Source: Octopus bimaculoides
Taxonomy: Eukaryota
Direction: 5' to 3'
Length of the DNA: 64,000 nt
Assembly: GCF_001194135.2 (NCBI RefSeq)
Contig: NC_068987.1
Location: 30,806,956 to 30,870,955 of the forward strand
Shown here: one piece after another, positions 1 to 13,349 of the stretch
Numbering within the stretch: the stretch's first letter is position 1
How the letters are laid out: the number at the start of each line of letters is the position of its first letter
Program-made: the position numbers and the translations under genes
The notes under the pieces: generated by a model
Databases searched by the model: none
Told to the model about the DNA's origin: nothing
What the model saw: only the letters and a program-made list of their open reading frames with translations

Positions 1-151
1 TGAATACCTCATCTAGCTTTTCCTTCTCAAGACTTCAACCCTCTCCAATTCCCTCCTTGTCAACGACATTCCTGCAATCATTGATTTACAAATGTTAATC
101 ATATAAATTACTGAGAGATTTACTGAAAATGGTGCCATTTCCAAGACTCAC

Positions 152-247
152 CTGATTCCTAAACAAATGCAGTTTATCATCACCTCCATTTGATAAAATA
201 CCTTTTTTCTCAATTAGCTGATTGACTTCTGTAATGAGGTCTTGGAG
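152..247 (-). CDS. IFT81: IFT81 coding exon 8, 96 nt (gene continues beyond window start)
   Basis: ttttcag acceptor, LQDLITEVNQLIEKKGILSNGGDDKLHLFRNQ (cf. EINQLIEKK...KLSLYRQQ), GTGAGT donor. The 8 exons total 1041 nt = 347 codons in frame. Confidence 0.92.
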
Positions 248-1898
248 CTGAAAATAATTTGCAGGTAAACATTCTCCATGACAAATTCTCAAAAACAATA
301 AAACGTGCACAGATTTCTTTAATATAAGTCAAAATTACATGAAAAGAAAAAAAAAACCCAAAAAAATCAGATTTTTTAAGATATTCTACAGAATTTTCTG
401 TAATCCAGAAAAGCATCAAAGAAATTGATGAATTTTCATTAAACTATCTTTGTTGATTTACCATTTGATAAATATATGCTGTAAGGTAGCAAGATGGCAG
501 AATCATTAGCACACTGGAGAAAATGCTTAGCAGCATTTCATCAGTCGATATGTTCTGAGTTCAAATTCTTCTGAGGTTGACACTTTGCCTTTCATTCTTT
601 CAGGATTCCATAAAATAAGTATCAGTTGAGCACTGGGGTTGATCTAATCAACTTATATCTCCCCCCAAAATTGCTGGCCTTGTGCCAATATTTGAAAACT
701 AAATATATACAGTTTTAATCATATTCACTTATTTACTGTCCCAAAAGTGGAGAATCAAGAAAACTCTTTAGTCTTGTCAAGGACAAGACTATGTCACTAA
801 TGCTGGTGCCATAACAAGACACATCCAGTACTCTCTATAATGTGTTTGGTGTTCTGAAGGGCATCCATCCATAAAAACCATGCTGAATGAAAATAATGAG
901 AAAGGTATGGCTCCACACCATTTATGACCAGGAGCTATCTAGGATCATGGCAACCTGCCAAGCCCAAGCTGTGGAAATTGAGAGATGATTTTCGAAATAC
1001 CAGCAACCATACAGGACAGGAAAAAAATTCATGTGAATAAAAAAGATGATGGAGATACTGAAGGGTGGAATTACTTTTCATAAGTGGTTACCTATCCTGA
1101 GAGGAGAGCAAAAGAAGAAGGAAAAGAGTGTGATCAAGAAAGAAAGCAGGAACAGGTATACTCATCATCATCACCATGTATCTCCCTCACAGCAGCATAA
1201 TTGTTTCTGTCTTTTTTCTTGTTAACTTTCTCCTCTCCCTCTCTCTGGATAACCATGTATCTCCTATTCAGCAGCATACCTGTTTCTGATCTCTCTCTCT
1301 CTCTCTCTCCTTCTCTTGCTCTTCCTTCTGGTTAGGTAACCATGTATCTCCTTTATTGTAGCACACCCGTTTCTACCCTCTTTCTTGTTAACTCTTTCCC
1401 TCTCTGTCTCTGTCTGTCTCTCTCTCTCTCCCTATTCCTTTCACTCTCTCTATAGCTGGGTAACCATGTACCTCCTCTACAGCAAGACATTTGTTTCTGT
1501 CTCTCTGTCACACTCTAACCTTTCATCATCTGGCACAAGATCACCTCTTCCAATGTCCCCTCCCCTCTCAAAGATTCCTTATCTTGCAAAGATACTTGAT
1601 AACCCTGCCAGTGCTGGTGCCACTTAAAAAGCATCCTGTTCACATTATAAAGTAGTGGCTGACATTTGAAAAGGCATCCAGCTGTAAAAACCATACCAAA
1701 ACTGACCTTGCCTGTAAAAAGCACTCAGCTCACTCTGCTGCATGGTTGCTGTTAGGAAGGGCATCCAACCGTAAAAAAACATGCCAAAACAGACACTGAA
1801 GTGTGGTGCGGGCTTCTATCTAGCCAGCTCCTGTCAAGCCGTCCAACCCATGCCTGCATGGAAAGCAGATGTTAAACAATGATGATTGGGTGGCTTAC

Positions 1899-2062
1899 CT
1901 GATTTTCCAACTCCTCCAGTTCAGGCTGACCAAGAACACGCTCAGAAACAGCCATTTGCATAATGTTTTCAATCTTCTTCTTCTCTTCAATTTCTTTTAC
2001 TTGTTGAGTAGAAACTACATACTTGTTGGTCTTAATCTCTTCTTCAAGCTGTTGTAATATCA
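1899..2062 (-). CDS. IFT81: IFT81 coding exon 7, 164 nt
   Basis: tttgtag acceptor, ILQQLEEEIKTNKYVVSTQQVKEIEEKKKIENIMQMAVSERVLGQPELEELENQ, GTAAGC donor; phase 1 to 0. Confidence 0.92.
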
Positions 2063-2249
2063 CTACAAATACAGGTGTACATGGACAGATTAAATAGATG
2101 TGTTATAATTTAACCCTTTAGCAATCAGATTACTCTACCAAATACAATGCTTATTTATTCATACTGTTTTGACTTAATCATACATTATCTTGTAGCTTTT
2201 AGATTTTGAAAATGCAATTGCTCATTTTTAGAATGACATTGAAAGGTAG

Positions 2250-2660
2250 GTGTGAGAGGCACTTTCTCCCATGGCTGGGTTCCAACATGGGCCACAGTAA
2301 CAAAATCCATTTGCCATACTTCTCAGTCCAACATCACTGCCTTGAGGCTTTGGATACATTCCAGGTCGTTGCCTGCAATCAAGTTGTCAATTCAAGTGTG
2401 ACAATGTTTCCATCTTCTTACATCAGCAAGAAATTCCAAAAGACTACATCACATGCTTCCAGTTCAGGGTGGCACACACAGTGACGAGATACTTGCAGCC
2501 ATCTTTGCCTGATTTTCTTGCTAGCTTTTGGTAGGTCTCCATAAAAGCATCCGTTTGTCATATGTTTCTGCCATTTGTAGCATTCTTGTATAGCATCCAG
2601 TTAGCTAATTTCAGTGTCCATGTTTCACTGCCATATAATAGCACTAATTTGACAAGTAGA
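2250..2660 (-). mobile_element. Old RTE-like LINE fragment
   Basis: Minus strand reads LLYGSETWTL. Confidence 0.55.
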
Positions 2661-2899
2661 ATATTTGAGTAGGATGCAGCCAGTTTAAATGCTAAGGGGT
2701 AAATAGAGAAAGATTAAACATAGGTGTACAGATAGAGATTAAATACAGATGCATGGTTATATATTAAAATTAGATATTTAGGCATGGATTAAAATAGGAT
2801 ACACAGTTGTAGATTAAAGGCAGGTATGGATTAAATACAGGTATACAATGACAGTAAAAATGGAAATTGAAATGCTATTTAGAACACTTGAAAGTTTTT

Positions 2900-3960
2900 G
2901 AACTCTTGGTTGATCATATGATCAATGACATGGAATCATGTCAGACATCAGCTTTGAAATGAATCAGCAGGAATTTTGGCATATGTTGGCAAGTCAAAAT
3001 AAATTCAGATTTTTTGTTCAAGATTCGAGTTGGGTAATAGATGTTAGATAGGATAACAGTAAAGACTATAAGACAGAGGTTGCAAAACTTTAATCCATTC
3101 CAAAATGCTGTATCACATTGATTCACCATAAATGTTCTCTTTTTCCTGGACTTTTGATGGTACATTCACATCTGCTGGGCAGCTAATTTTCACAACAGTG
3201 CATAACTTTTGTTCCATGTCCCACACTATTTATGAAGGCAGTAACTGTTATGTCTGCACAAAGGCAGTAACTCTGTTATGGTTGCACAGAGTGGCTGTTT
3301 CTATTGGAGTGTTCCACCAGCATTCCTTGATTTTAAAGGTGTGAATACATGCTGGTTTAGACATGCATTTGATGTATACATCAGGACAATCCTGCCTGCA
3401 GATAGTGCTCTAAATAGTCTTTGCAACTATATAATACCTCAGGGGCAGGTAGTATCTTGTAGACATTTTGGGGCAGCTGCTGATGATGTGGGTGATATAT
3501 AGCAGAACCAACATTTTCTATCACAATGTGGAGGTTTGGCGGTATCTTTGTTGCTCTTGTTTATCAGGTATTTAGTAGCTATCTCCAATACCTGGATAGC
3601 AAATGCATATCCTTCAAGGTTGAATGTAATGTATCTACCACAGATCCAGGAGTGGCTACTGTTCCTGTCAATGCTCTTGCTACCCTCTAACGTACAGGAT
3701 ATGTACCCATGCATTGCTTTTTACTGGGATGATGCCTGCTTCTCTTCCAGCCTCCTTTGAGTCACAATAGACGGTTGTACTCTGAAGGTGTAGTTGCTCT
3801 CACTTTTGAGTATGCATGTAATGTACTCATTTCTTTCTTTACTATTCAGCTGATGTTGTTTGAGTGATACAATGCGACATTCAAAGGTCGTTTGGACTGA
3901 CCTTATGCCTCTATTGTTATCACTTCATCTCACATAGAACCAATCAATGCCACTGTTGAT
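2900..3960 (+). mobile_element. Highly degenerate L1/Tx1-like RT fragment
   Basis: Remnants in the expected order: DYK, QSGC (cf. RQGCP), AADDV (cf. YADD), RYL (cf. KYLG); many frameshifts. Confidence 0.45.
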
Positions 3961-4229
3961 GTGGAAGTTGCCAATGGTGATCAGTACTATATATATAAGC
4001 AGGCATGCATGCATGTATGTATGTACATGTGTGTATATGTGTGCATGAGGTGTGTTCAAAAGGTATATAAATTTATTTTTCCCCACCACCAAAACTAATG
4101 TTGCATGGGCAAAATTCTTTGGGTAAGAGGTGCACATGTGTAAAGATTTTCATGCTGGTAGGCTGTATCACACCTCGGCTGTTATGCCTAGAGTACAGCT
4201 GTGTAATGTGCACACGTCAGAATTTTGTT

Positions 4230-4950
4230 TTCACATAAGATAACCAAATGCATCAAGCAGAAACATTGCATTAAGTTTTGCAAAAAGTTTGGGGATACTC
4301 AAGTTCAAACGATCCAGAAGATTCAACAAGCCTTTGGCAATGATGCCAAGGACAAAACATAGATCGAGGAGTAGTACAACTGCTTCAAACATGGCCACAC
4401 CTTAGTGGAGAGCAAGACATGCTCTGACAAGCTGAAACAAGGAGCTGATTGAGAAGGTTTGGCAACTAATTATGGAAGACCATCATGTAACAATCCAGGA
4501 AATTGTTCATAAAGTGGGAATAAGCACAGGATCAGTGCATTCCATTTAACAAAAGATTTGAGCATGGAGAGAGTGTCCTAATGTTAGATACTTCTTTAAG
4601 CACACCTTGTAATCCATGCTTTCCTGGTTAAGAGCAATGCACCCCTTGTCTAACAGGCTCCTTACTCTCCTGACTCCATATTGTGTGACTTCTGGTGCTT
4701 TCCTAAACTGAAAATCATGCTGAAAGGAAACTGATTTGGGTTTTAAGAAGAAATTATGGGAAAATAATGGTGGAGCTCCGTAGCATTCCAGAGAAGTGTT
4801 CCAGAGGTGTAACCAACAGAGGCAGAACTGCTGGAAGAAGTGTGTGAACTCCCAAAGGGGGTATTTTGAAGGTGATTAAATAAAATTTGTAAAATGTTCA
4901 AAATTAATTTGTCTTACGCCCAAAGGTCTGATACATTTTGCTGCACGTCA
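4230..4950 (+). mobile_element. Decayed, internally deleted mariner
   Basis: CIKFC.K.GDTQ..TIQKIQQAFG N-terminus, APYSPD..CDFW.FPKLK and YFEGD-stop remnants; right TIR followed by TA. Confidence 0.75.
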
Positions 4951-4956
4951 TATGAA

Positions 4957-4987
<31 letters not shown>

Positions 4988-6415
4988 GTGTGTGTTGTAT
5001 TTATATAGATATGTAGATATGTGGCAGGATTCTTTTCAGTTTCCACCAACCCAAATCATTCATTAAGCTTTGGTCAGTCTGGGACTATACTAGAAGATAT
5101 CAAAGTGATGTCTGTACTTATGTGTGTGTGTGTGTGTGTGTGTTTGGATGTGTGCAAATGTGTGTAAACCCTAACTTGGGAAAACATGAAAGGGTTGGCA
5201 ATAGGAAGAGCATCTGACTATAAAATCCATTCTGAAATAACTCACTGTCTAATATATTCTAGTCTTCTACTATAGCCCCAGGCCTTTGGTTAGATTGGGG
5301 CTATAGTAGAAGACACTTACCCAAGGTGCAACACAGTGGTACTGAACCTGGAACTGCATGGTCAGAAAGCAAGCTTTTTACCACATAGCCACATATACAT
5401 GTGTGTTAGTGTTACTGTCTCCTTACTTTGACATAGCAATATAGTTGTAGAAAAGTGTCACCATCATGCAAATGGTGTCCTCCATTTCCAGTCTTCCAAG
5501 TGAGTGTCAGCAACAGCAAGCACATTCAGCTGTACAGAGTTAGCCTCAACAAATCCTGTGTGACCCATGCAAATATGGAAAAGTGGATGTTGGAAGAATG
5601 ATGACTCCATGTGAAAACATTAGTTAACAACACAATCATCTTATATTACAATAGAGAAGATGACTTCTATCTGGCCATAACAACATCTGTGTGTGTGTAG
5701 AGAGAGAGAGAAGATGGGGAGGAGAAAAAGTTGTTGAGAGAGAAATACAGTGAGAGATAGAAAGAGTGTTTGAAAGATAGATACATAGGTAGTGTTGTCA
5801 CCTTAGTAACTAGTTTTGATGAAAAATGTGGGAATGTTAAGTGCGAGTCTGTGAACACAATGCAACAGACTTCAAAAAAGAGACTATAGACAAGGGAGTG
5901 CTAAAAAGTACCTGACTTTGAGTAAAAGAAAATATAGGAGGATCAATTAATCATGATTTTATTCAACATATTCTCCTCTCAGATCCACTCATTGCAGCAG
6001 TCTGTCAGTTTTTCTAAGCCCTGTAAAAGAACTCAGAAGGTTGGGCCTCCAAACAGGCTTTTTGTCATACCCTTAAAACCAGGAACTTGTCAGCACCCTC
6101 TCATATATATAATACATATAGTTTTCTTTTTTTGGGGGGTGGGGGGTCATTTGTGTGTGTGTTCTTCTCTATGTCGTTCAATGTAAAGACAACGCAACTC
6201 AAACTTTAAAAAAAGACTTTCACTTTGAACAGTTTATAAAGGTATGTGCATGATTAACAAATATTTTTACCAGTGGGGTAATGACAATTAACGACCTAGT
6301 GTCTTACAAAATTAGAAAATTAATTATAGACACAATATGATAACAGACAAACGCTATTCACAAACAGAACCACCGGCTGATTAGTAGTGAGTCGGCACCT
6401 AACTACATAACTTAC

Positions 6416-6500
6416 TTTTTGCAGTTGCCCCATTCCTGTATTGCTGTGTGTTCTTTAACTGTTGCTGTAACCTTCGGATCTTCTGTTCAGCTTGATGGAT
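6416..6500 (-). CDS. IFT81: IFT81 coding exon 6, 85 nt
   Basis: ctatcag acceptor, IHQAEQKIRRLQQQLKNTQQYRNGATAK, GTAAGT donor; phase 0 to 1 fits the next exon. Confidence 0.88.
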
Positions 6501-6780
6501 CTGATAGATATAAGATCATGGATTAATAGATTATAGAGAATTATTGCTGGAAACCAATTTAGCATGATTTTAGTGCTCAAGAGAAAAATATTTGAGTTTA
6601 ATTTTAGAGTTAGAAGTGTATTAAAAAAGAAAAAAAAAGATCAAATTTATTTAATTACACTGTGTAACACAAATTTTGTCCTTGAGTAGCAACTGTTATT
6701 TCCTATTTACCCCTAGAAAGTATGAACAGCTTGGTGAGTCTTCTTCTCAAGCACGACATAATGCCAAAGGTCTGGGTCAT

Positions 6781-6910
6781 TGCCTCTGTGAGGCCCAACA
6801 CTCGAAAGGAACTTGACCACTTTGCCTCTATGAGGCCCAACGCTCGAGACAAACTCAGCCACCTCACCCACGTGAGGCCCAACACTTAAAAGGAACTCAG
6901 CCACTTTGCC
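6781..6910. repeat. Three 42-bp tandem units derived from the RTE ORF end
   Basis: GAGGCCCAAC recurs at 6790, 6832 and 6874. Confidence 0.8.
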
Positions 6911-6930
6911 TATGTATGTATGTATGTATG

Positions 6931-7256
6931 TCAGGTCACGTATGAGGCTCTCATAAGTGCTACTGGTAACATGTAATCTAGTACAACCTGTTGCACGGTC
7001 GGGTTGCCGGCGACTAAACTGGCACCCCCACCAGGCTACCCTGGTGAAGAGAGTTGTTAGAAACCCAGCAGGATTAAAAACAAGACCTGTTGAAAGCTCG
7101 GATGGACCTAGTGCAGGCTCAACGGCTATCTAGCAATAGCACGGGTACGCAGAAATTCTGGTATGGTGTCCGGGGTGCTGAAAGACCACTGGGAGTGAGG
7201 TGCCCCTCAGCTTTTGTTGAAGCATGTCTCTAGGAGAAGGTCACTCTGATATAAAA
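6931..7256 (+). mobile_element. Probable RTE 5' UTR segment after a (TATG)n tract
   Basis: CTAGGAGAAGGTCACTCTGATATAAA and GGTGTCCGGGGTGCTGAAAGACC resemble RTE 5'UTR motifs as I recall them; the rest lies in an N-gap. Confidence 0.45.
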
Positions 7257-7793
7257 NNNNNNNNNNNNNNNNNNNNNNNNNNNNNNNNNNNNNNNNNNNN
7301 NNNNNNNNNNNNNNNNNNNNNNNNNNNNNNNNNNNNNNNNNNNNNNNNNNNNNNNNNNNNNNNNNNNNNNNNNNNNNNNNNNNNNNNNNNNNNNNNNNNN
7401 NNNNNNNNNNNNNNNNNNNNNNNNNNNNNNNNNNNNNNNNNNNNNNNNNNNNNNNNNNNNNNNNNNNNNNNNNNNNNNNNNNNNNNNNNNNNNNNNNNNN
7501 NNNNNNNNNNNNNNNNNNNNNNNNNNNNNNNNNNNNNNNNNNNNNNNNNNNNNNNNNNNNNNNNNNNNNNNNNNNNNNNNNNNNNNNNNNNNNNNNNNNN
7601 NNNNNNNNNNNNNNNNNNNNNNNNNNNNNNNNNNNNNNNNNNNNNNNNNNNNNNNNNNNNNNNNNNNNNNNNNNNNNNNNNNNNNNNNNNNNNNNNNNNN
7701 NNNNNNNNNNNNNNNNNNNNNNNNNNNNNNNNNNNNNNNNNNNNNNNNNNNNNNNNNNNNNNNNNNNNNNNNNNNNNNNNNNNNNNNNNNNNN
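7257..7793. other. Assembly gap. Others: 13906-13915, 29438-30121, 31744-31860, 36447-36876, 39552-40156, 42567-42823, 49397-49513, 59193-59291, 63088-63681.
   Basis: N runs. Confidence 0.99.
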
Positions 7794-7825
7794 TATATAT
7801 ACATACATACATACATACATACATA

Positions 7826-9119
7826 CAGAGTGCAGTGAATAAATTGCCGTCTAAATTACACAAAAATGAAAATAACACTGACATCTCATTTTAACAGTTT
7901 ACCAAAATTAAGTAAAGAAATCTTGAAATACTAAAGATTAAATTTATTCAATAAAATAACCATTGGCTTCAACTATGGCCCCTGCATGACTTCAGAATCT
8001 CCTGCAACTCTTCTTGACAGTCTCCTTGTTTAAGTTGGGGAATGCTGCCATAATCCTTGTCTTCAGTTCATCTTTGGTGTTACAAGGAGTTTTGTTGGTT
8101 ACTCACTGAACTGTGTCCCACACATAATAATCAAGTGGGATTGAAGTCTGGGGAGTTAGGTGGCCAGATGTTAGGGGCGATGTGGTCACAGGAATTGTCT
8201 GACAGCCATGACTAGGTTCTCCTGCTTGTGTGACATGGTGCAGAGTCCAGTTGCCAGACAGGATTTTCCAGCAGCCACTCTCTTGACCCAGGGCAGCACT
8301 ACCTCCTCCAGGCCTTTGATGTAGGCTTTTATGTTGAGTCTGAGGCCGTGTGGGAAGATGAATGGCGGCATAATATTGCCATCACTAGTGATCACGCCAA
8401 ACACCATGGTGCTGGCTAGATGTTTGATTTTTATCACTCTTATTACATGTTTTGGGGACACAGCAAGTCAAAGGTTGTTGTGTGTTCACCATCTCATCCT
8501 GGCAAAAAATTTTCTCATCTGAGAAACACCAAAGCAAGTTCAGTTGGAGGGAATGCTTGAGTTTGTCCAAACGCTTCATAGCATGGTCTTTCCTCTTGTC
8601 CTTGATGGCTTGGAATAAAGATTGGCCCTTTCTCATCTTGTATGAGGAATATCAAATGTCTTCATGCACTACCTGCCTGATAAGAAACTCAGACACTTCC
8701 ATATCCCTATCAATGGACCTGATTGACTTGGAGGGATTGGTGTCAATCACGGCCTGGATCTCACCAACAAATATTCAAGAGTTTCTTTTCTTATCAGAAT
8801 GACCAGGGTGAGTTTTCTGCGCTGCCTTAGCTTCATAGTCACCATTAGACTCATCCAACTCTTTCCAAATCTTCTGCAGTGTTCTTGGATTGACAACCAA
8901 ACAATCTGAAATGTTCGTATTGGAGCTTACAGCACAAATACCAAGCAGTACGGCATGTTGTTTCCAAATTTCGGGCAGAGTGAATTGCATTATGGTGCTG
9001 TTTTTCTCAGAGATGGTGCCCAACTGACCCCTACTATACTGTGTAGTCGACAAAATCAAAAAATGCACATGTGTGAAATTAAAAACATAAAATGGTGACA
9101 ATTTACTCATCACAGCCTG
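7826..9119 (-). mobile_element. Decayed maT-type (DD37D) Tc1/mariner transposon
   Basis: Related TIRs (CAGAGTGCAGTGAATAAATTG; reverse complement CAGGCTGTGATGAGTAAATTG). Transposase motifs FSDEK, MVFGVITSDG and D-SAP..WPPNSPDFNPLD, with 37 residues between the last two Asp after correcting one frameshift. Confidence 0.85.
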
Positions 9120-9206
9120 TGTATATATATATACATATATATGTGTGTGTGTGTGTGTGTTACATAGCAGTTTATTATTCACTAATTCATTATAAAAATA
9201 ACATAC

Positions 9207-9317
9207 TTGCTCATTTTGTCTTTGCTTCTGTTCAGCAAGTTTCTTCTCTTCATCTCGCTCCCTTCTTAGCTTCCGTGCAACAGCCATCATAGTCTGGGCA
9301 TTTGGATGAGACTCAAC
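9207..9317 (-). CDS. IFT81: IFT81 coding exon 5, 111 nt
   Basis: ttttgtag acceptor, VESHPNAQTMMAVARKLRRERDEEKKLAEQKQRQNEQ, GTATGT donor. Confidence 0.92.
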
Positions 9318-9730
9318 CTACAAAAGCAAATAATTTCAAATGAGACATCCTTGCCATTTCAAGTGTCAGTAACTTTGACTTAGCATCTCCAAGTAAAAAA
9401 AAAACCTTTGATTACATCCAAACTACCTCCAAAAGAATGTCACCTAACTGACTAACAAAGACTCATATACCAAGATATTCAGATGTTTTTGGTGTATGAT
9501 GCCTTGTCAGTCTCACACGTATGGATATCACAGGTACATTGTCTTCCTTTTCTGAGCTTGCAGCACAACAACTTCTCCCCAGAGCTAGCTAGGTTTATAT
9601 CAACTCAATCTAAGACCATGCAGCACACTCATTTTTCTTTCTTTCATAATGTAGACTGTTCCATCACCTTTTCTGACATGATGTTAACATCATTCCGAAT
9701 ATTTCTTGAAAATGTCAACCATATAGAATA

Positions 9731-10155
9731 CCATAAATCCTCAAGTATAGTCCACCCTTGAGTATAATACGCAGGGGATTTTTAGGGGGCTGTACCTCTG
9801 AAAAACCTAAACCTTGTGTATAATACACACCTCTTCTCTAACTTGAGTCAGGGAGGTCTATATAATGTCCTTGGTTTGTAAACGTATATACGGTAACGCC
9901 CTTTATTATCATTATATATATAACATAATGCAAACGTGTAGCTTTTTTGTGTACTTTGTTTGCAGAAAATAAAGAAATAACCGTAATAACGTCAGTGAAA
10001 AAGAAATATTAAGTAAATTGCCTTTACATATCTATCACTTAGAAAATTTTGCTTAGAAAATAGTTTTCATTTTTAACCTCGTATATAGTACGCACTAGAA
10101 ATTTTGACCTTTAAATTTTTGGAAAAAAGTGCAGATTATACTCGAGGATTTACGG
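9731..10155. mobile_element. 425-bp pogo/Tc2-like MITE
   Basis: TIRs CC(A/G)TAAATCCTC(A/G)AGTATA at both ends with TA flanks (9729-9730 and 10156-10157); no ORF. Confidence 0.8.
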
Positions 10156-12319
10156 TATCTTCCTGTCCATTTTTTTCCCCCCTGCAAACACTGGCTTACT
10201 GATGCTCAAATTGTAACAGTCTTGCTAGTCTAGGAAAGCCTTCGAAGGAGAAGGACGTTGTCATCGGCGCTGCCACCACCACCACCACCACCACCATACC
10301 TTTGCTTTCCACGTCGACATTAATTGAATGAACCCTCACACTTTGAGTCAGTCCTTATTCAGAGTAACTGCTCTTTAGATGAATCAGGCGACATCTCATT
10401 CATACAGTAATGCTTTGGAACAGTTTCTACTATTTCATTGCCTTCCTAATAGCAACCACTTTACAGAGTGTACACAGTGCGTTTTATTGTAACACCAGCA
10501 CTTCTGAAGTTGTATGTACCCTGCAAGACAAAAGGTGTTTCCACTGTCTGTATCGTCACCTTTCATTCAGGGGCAATAACAGTAATGTGACCAATGGATG
10601 GAAAAAAAGTTCAGTACATGTTATCGTTATTGGTAACAAAAAGGCTCTCTCTTGAGTGATGGGCAGTTTGTATGAAGTGAATGCATAGAGCATTATGCTG
10701 TTTGGTAGTAAGGCATGACGTTTTGAATGCTGCAGATTAGTAAAGACTAAAAAAGAAATGAAGTGAGCATGCTTTGCTGAATATGTAATCTTAGAGTGTA
10801 TAAGCAACAGTGTAAAAATGTGCTGAGAGAAAAACTGGATGTAAAAGGAATTAGCTGTTGTATACAAGAAAGACTGTGCTGATAAGGGTACATGATGTAT
10901 ATGGAGGATGACAGTTGTATAAAGAACTCTGATGGAACCTGTAGAAAAGGGAGAAAGTGGTGACAACATGTTGTAACTCATGAAAGTGATTACAAAGGAC
11001 CGACGTAACTGGTTATGCATGGTGCTGGAGAAGGCCAGTCTTCTTGTACAAGAAGGGTTAAAATGCTAATTAAAATGATGAAAGTGATGGAGACTGGATT
11101 GTGTTATCCATTGGCTTCCTATGCAGTCCTTATCTGTGTTCCCCCATCTCCTCAATACCCTTTCATCTTTTTTATTCCCTTATTTACAATACTATGCCAC
11201 CTATGCAACAAAGAGTGATTATAGATCTGTCCTTATTCAATGACCACTCCCTGCTGCAACCATCGCTCATATATCTCTCCCTTTTCCTTCAAGATGCAGA
11301 TTAACAAGGGATAAGATCTGTCCGTATTTGTTGCATCCCATCAACATCTTTCTGCACTGCTAACCATTGATCCCTCTCCTTCAAGTCATTCATTAGTGAC
11401 ATCCATCACCCGGCCTATCTCTATGACTATCATTCTCTAGTGCTTTATCTCTCTTAACAGCAACCAAAACCTTATGTACTGCTAACTATCATTCATTCTC
11501 CCACAGATTACTAACTATGATATCCCTCGCTCTCTTTTCTACAATTCATCACTTGATCTCTTTCTTACCCACAAGTACCACCTCTGCCACATTATTGGCT
11601 ATAGGCTCTAAGGTAATACTGTCTCTCTTCTGTTACTCATTCCAGCATTGTCTCTGCCATTATTCCCTCCTCAATCATCCTCTCACACAAATCATTTCGT
11701 TTCCCAACATATCTCACTTCCTTTACTGTCCCACCCATGTTCATATGTTGACTTGATTGAACCAAGACGGCATAGTGAAGACTCTTTAGTCATGTGAATT
11801 ACAAAACAGCCTAACAAGTGTTGCAGCCATCATGAAATGTGTCTAGTAACTCTGTGACATGTTTGGCTAACAAGAGAAGACACTACAGAGTTGAGAACAT
11901 TATAACTTCAGCAGTGTTGGTTCAATGAAAGAGATACAGACAATACACTTTACCTTCTTAATGAAAGAAGGATTCATTGGATGAAATTGTCTATGATATA
12001 CAAAAGAATTGGACGGTCATTACTGGAAATATCATGGTTCTAGTTCTGCTTAATCAGGACTAGCCTGGGGTTAAACAAGAACAACAGCATTAAATGGGAA
12101 GAAGCAGGCTACGAAATTGTCAATGAAAAAAATGACAAAATTAAATCAACAAAATACAAATAGTATTGTTTCTCTATTTCTTCTTCCTTGTACTTCCATT
12201 TCCTCAGACAAATATTTTGAATGAAATATTTTCTATAAACTGTTTCAATGGAATTCCAAACTAAAAGTAAACAGGAGGTCTTTTATTGCCCACTTCCACC
12301 ATGACCTAATTAAACTTAC

Positions 12320-12475
12320 TTTATGCTTCAGCCTCTCAATACGTTTCAAAAGTTGTTCTTTTTCTTCCTCCATCTGGCTGATATCACGACGAATTTCTGA
12401 AGTGTTGAAGCTGGAGTTCCTTTGTTGCTCAGAATGTTTGTGCCATTCTTTGAACTGTTCAATCAGTTCTTCATA
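12320..12475 (-). CDS. IFT81: IFT81 coding exon 4, 156 nt
   Basis: tttcag acceptor, [58 protein letters not shown] donor. Confidence 0.95.
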
Positions 12476-13349
12476 CTGAAACAAAAGAAAACAAAATGGA
12501 TACAACCAGAGATCATTCAGTTTTGATACACAAATGAACACATTAGTTAAACTACATCTTGGTGAGAGCAACAGATATCAAATGGGACCTTTCTATGTAA
12601 ATTTCTGGTATATTTCATATTATTCTAAATTTCTGAAATTTCCTCAAAGAGTTTTTATAAGAAACAAGCTCATAAAAATGACAGATATCTTGAATGAAAA
12701 TAAATTCAAAATGATGATTAAAAATGCAGAGTTTTATAAACTACGAAGAAAATTGTTTCATATATATCATAAAATATTTGTGTGGGAAGAAAGCATAATA
12801 GTTTGTAATTGAGGATGTGATCCAGTATGCTTCAACAAGGCACTCGACTATACTTGCTTCTGTTTGCCACATTGATAAAACAAGATTTCACTTCAATATT
12901 ACAGTTAAGAGATCAGCTGCAGGAAGGTTATTCAGCTGTAAAAACAAAATCATCATCATCATCACCATCACCATCACCATCATCATCATTTAACATGTTC
13001 TTTAAGCTGGTTTGGGTTGAACTAGGTCTCATCCACTGTCACAATTCTCCATCATCTGGGATGCACCACAACAGAAAAACCAGCAATCTCTGTAGTTGTG
13101 TTTATATTACTTTTCTTTCTCTTTCTTTTTTTTCTTCTTTTTTTTTTAACAGACAGATGCTCTCCCTATCGACAGCTATTTCACAGCATAGACTGTGCAT
13201 ACTTTATTGCGTTGCTAGAATTAGCTAAGTTATCTGTAATGGGATTACAGTGTCTCTTATATTCTGTAACAGTTTCTATAGAAAATCATTGCAAGGAAAA
13301 CTTGAAGTAGGGAAAAACTAATTAAACTAATACTAATATACTCGTCTGA

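Noticed and set aside
7207-7884. Long ORFs over N runs (also at 29.4, 36.4, 39.3, 42.5 and 63 kb)
   Set aside because: They are open only because N codons are not stops.
8775-9290. 171-aa ORF joining an IFT81-like start to transposase sequence, suggesting a fusion gene
   Set aside because: It is read-through of IFT81 exon 5 past its GTATGT donor into the intron and the maT relic; there is no evidence of exonisation.
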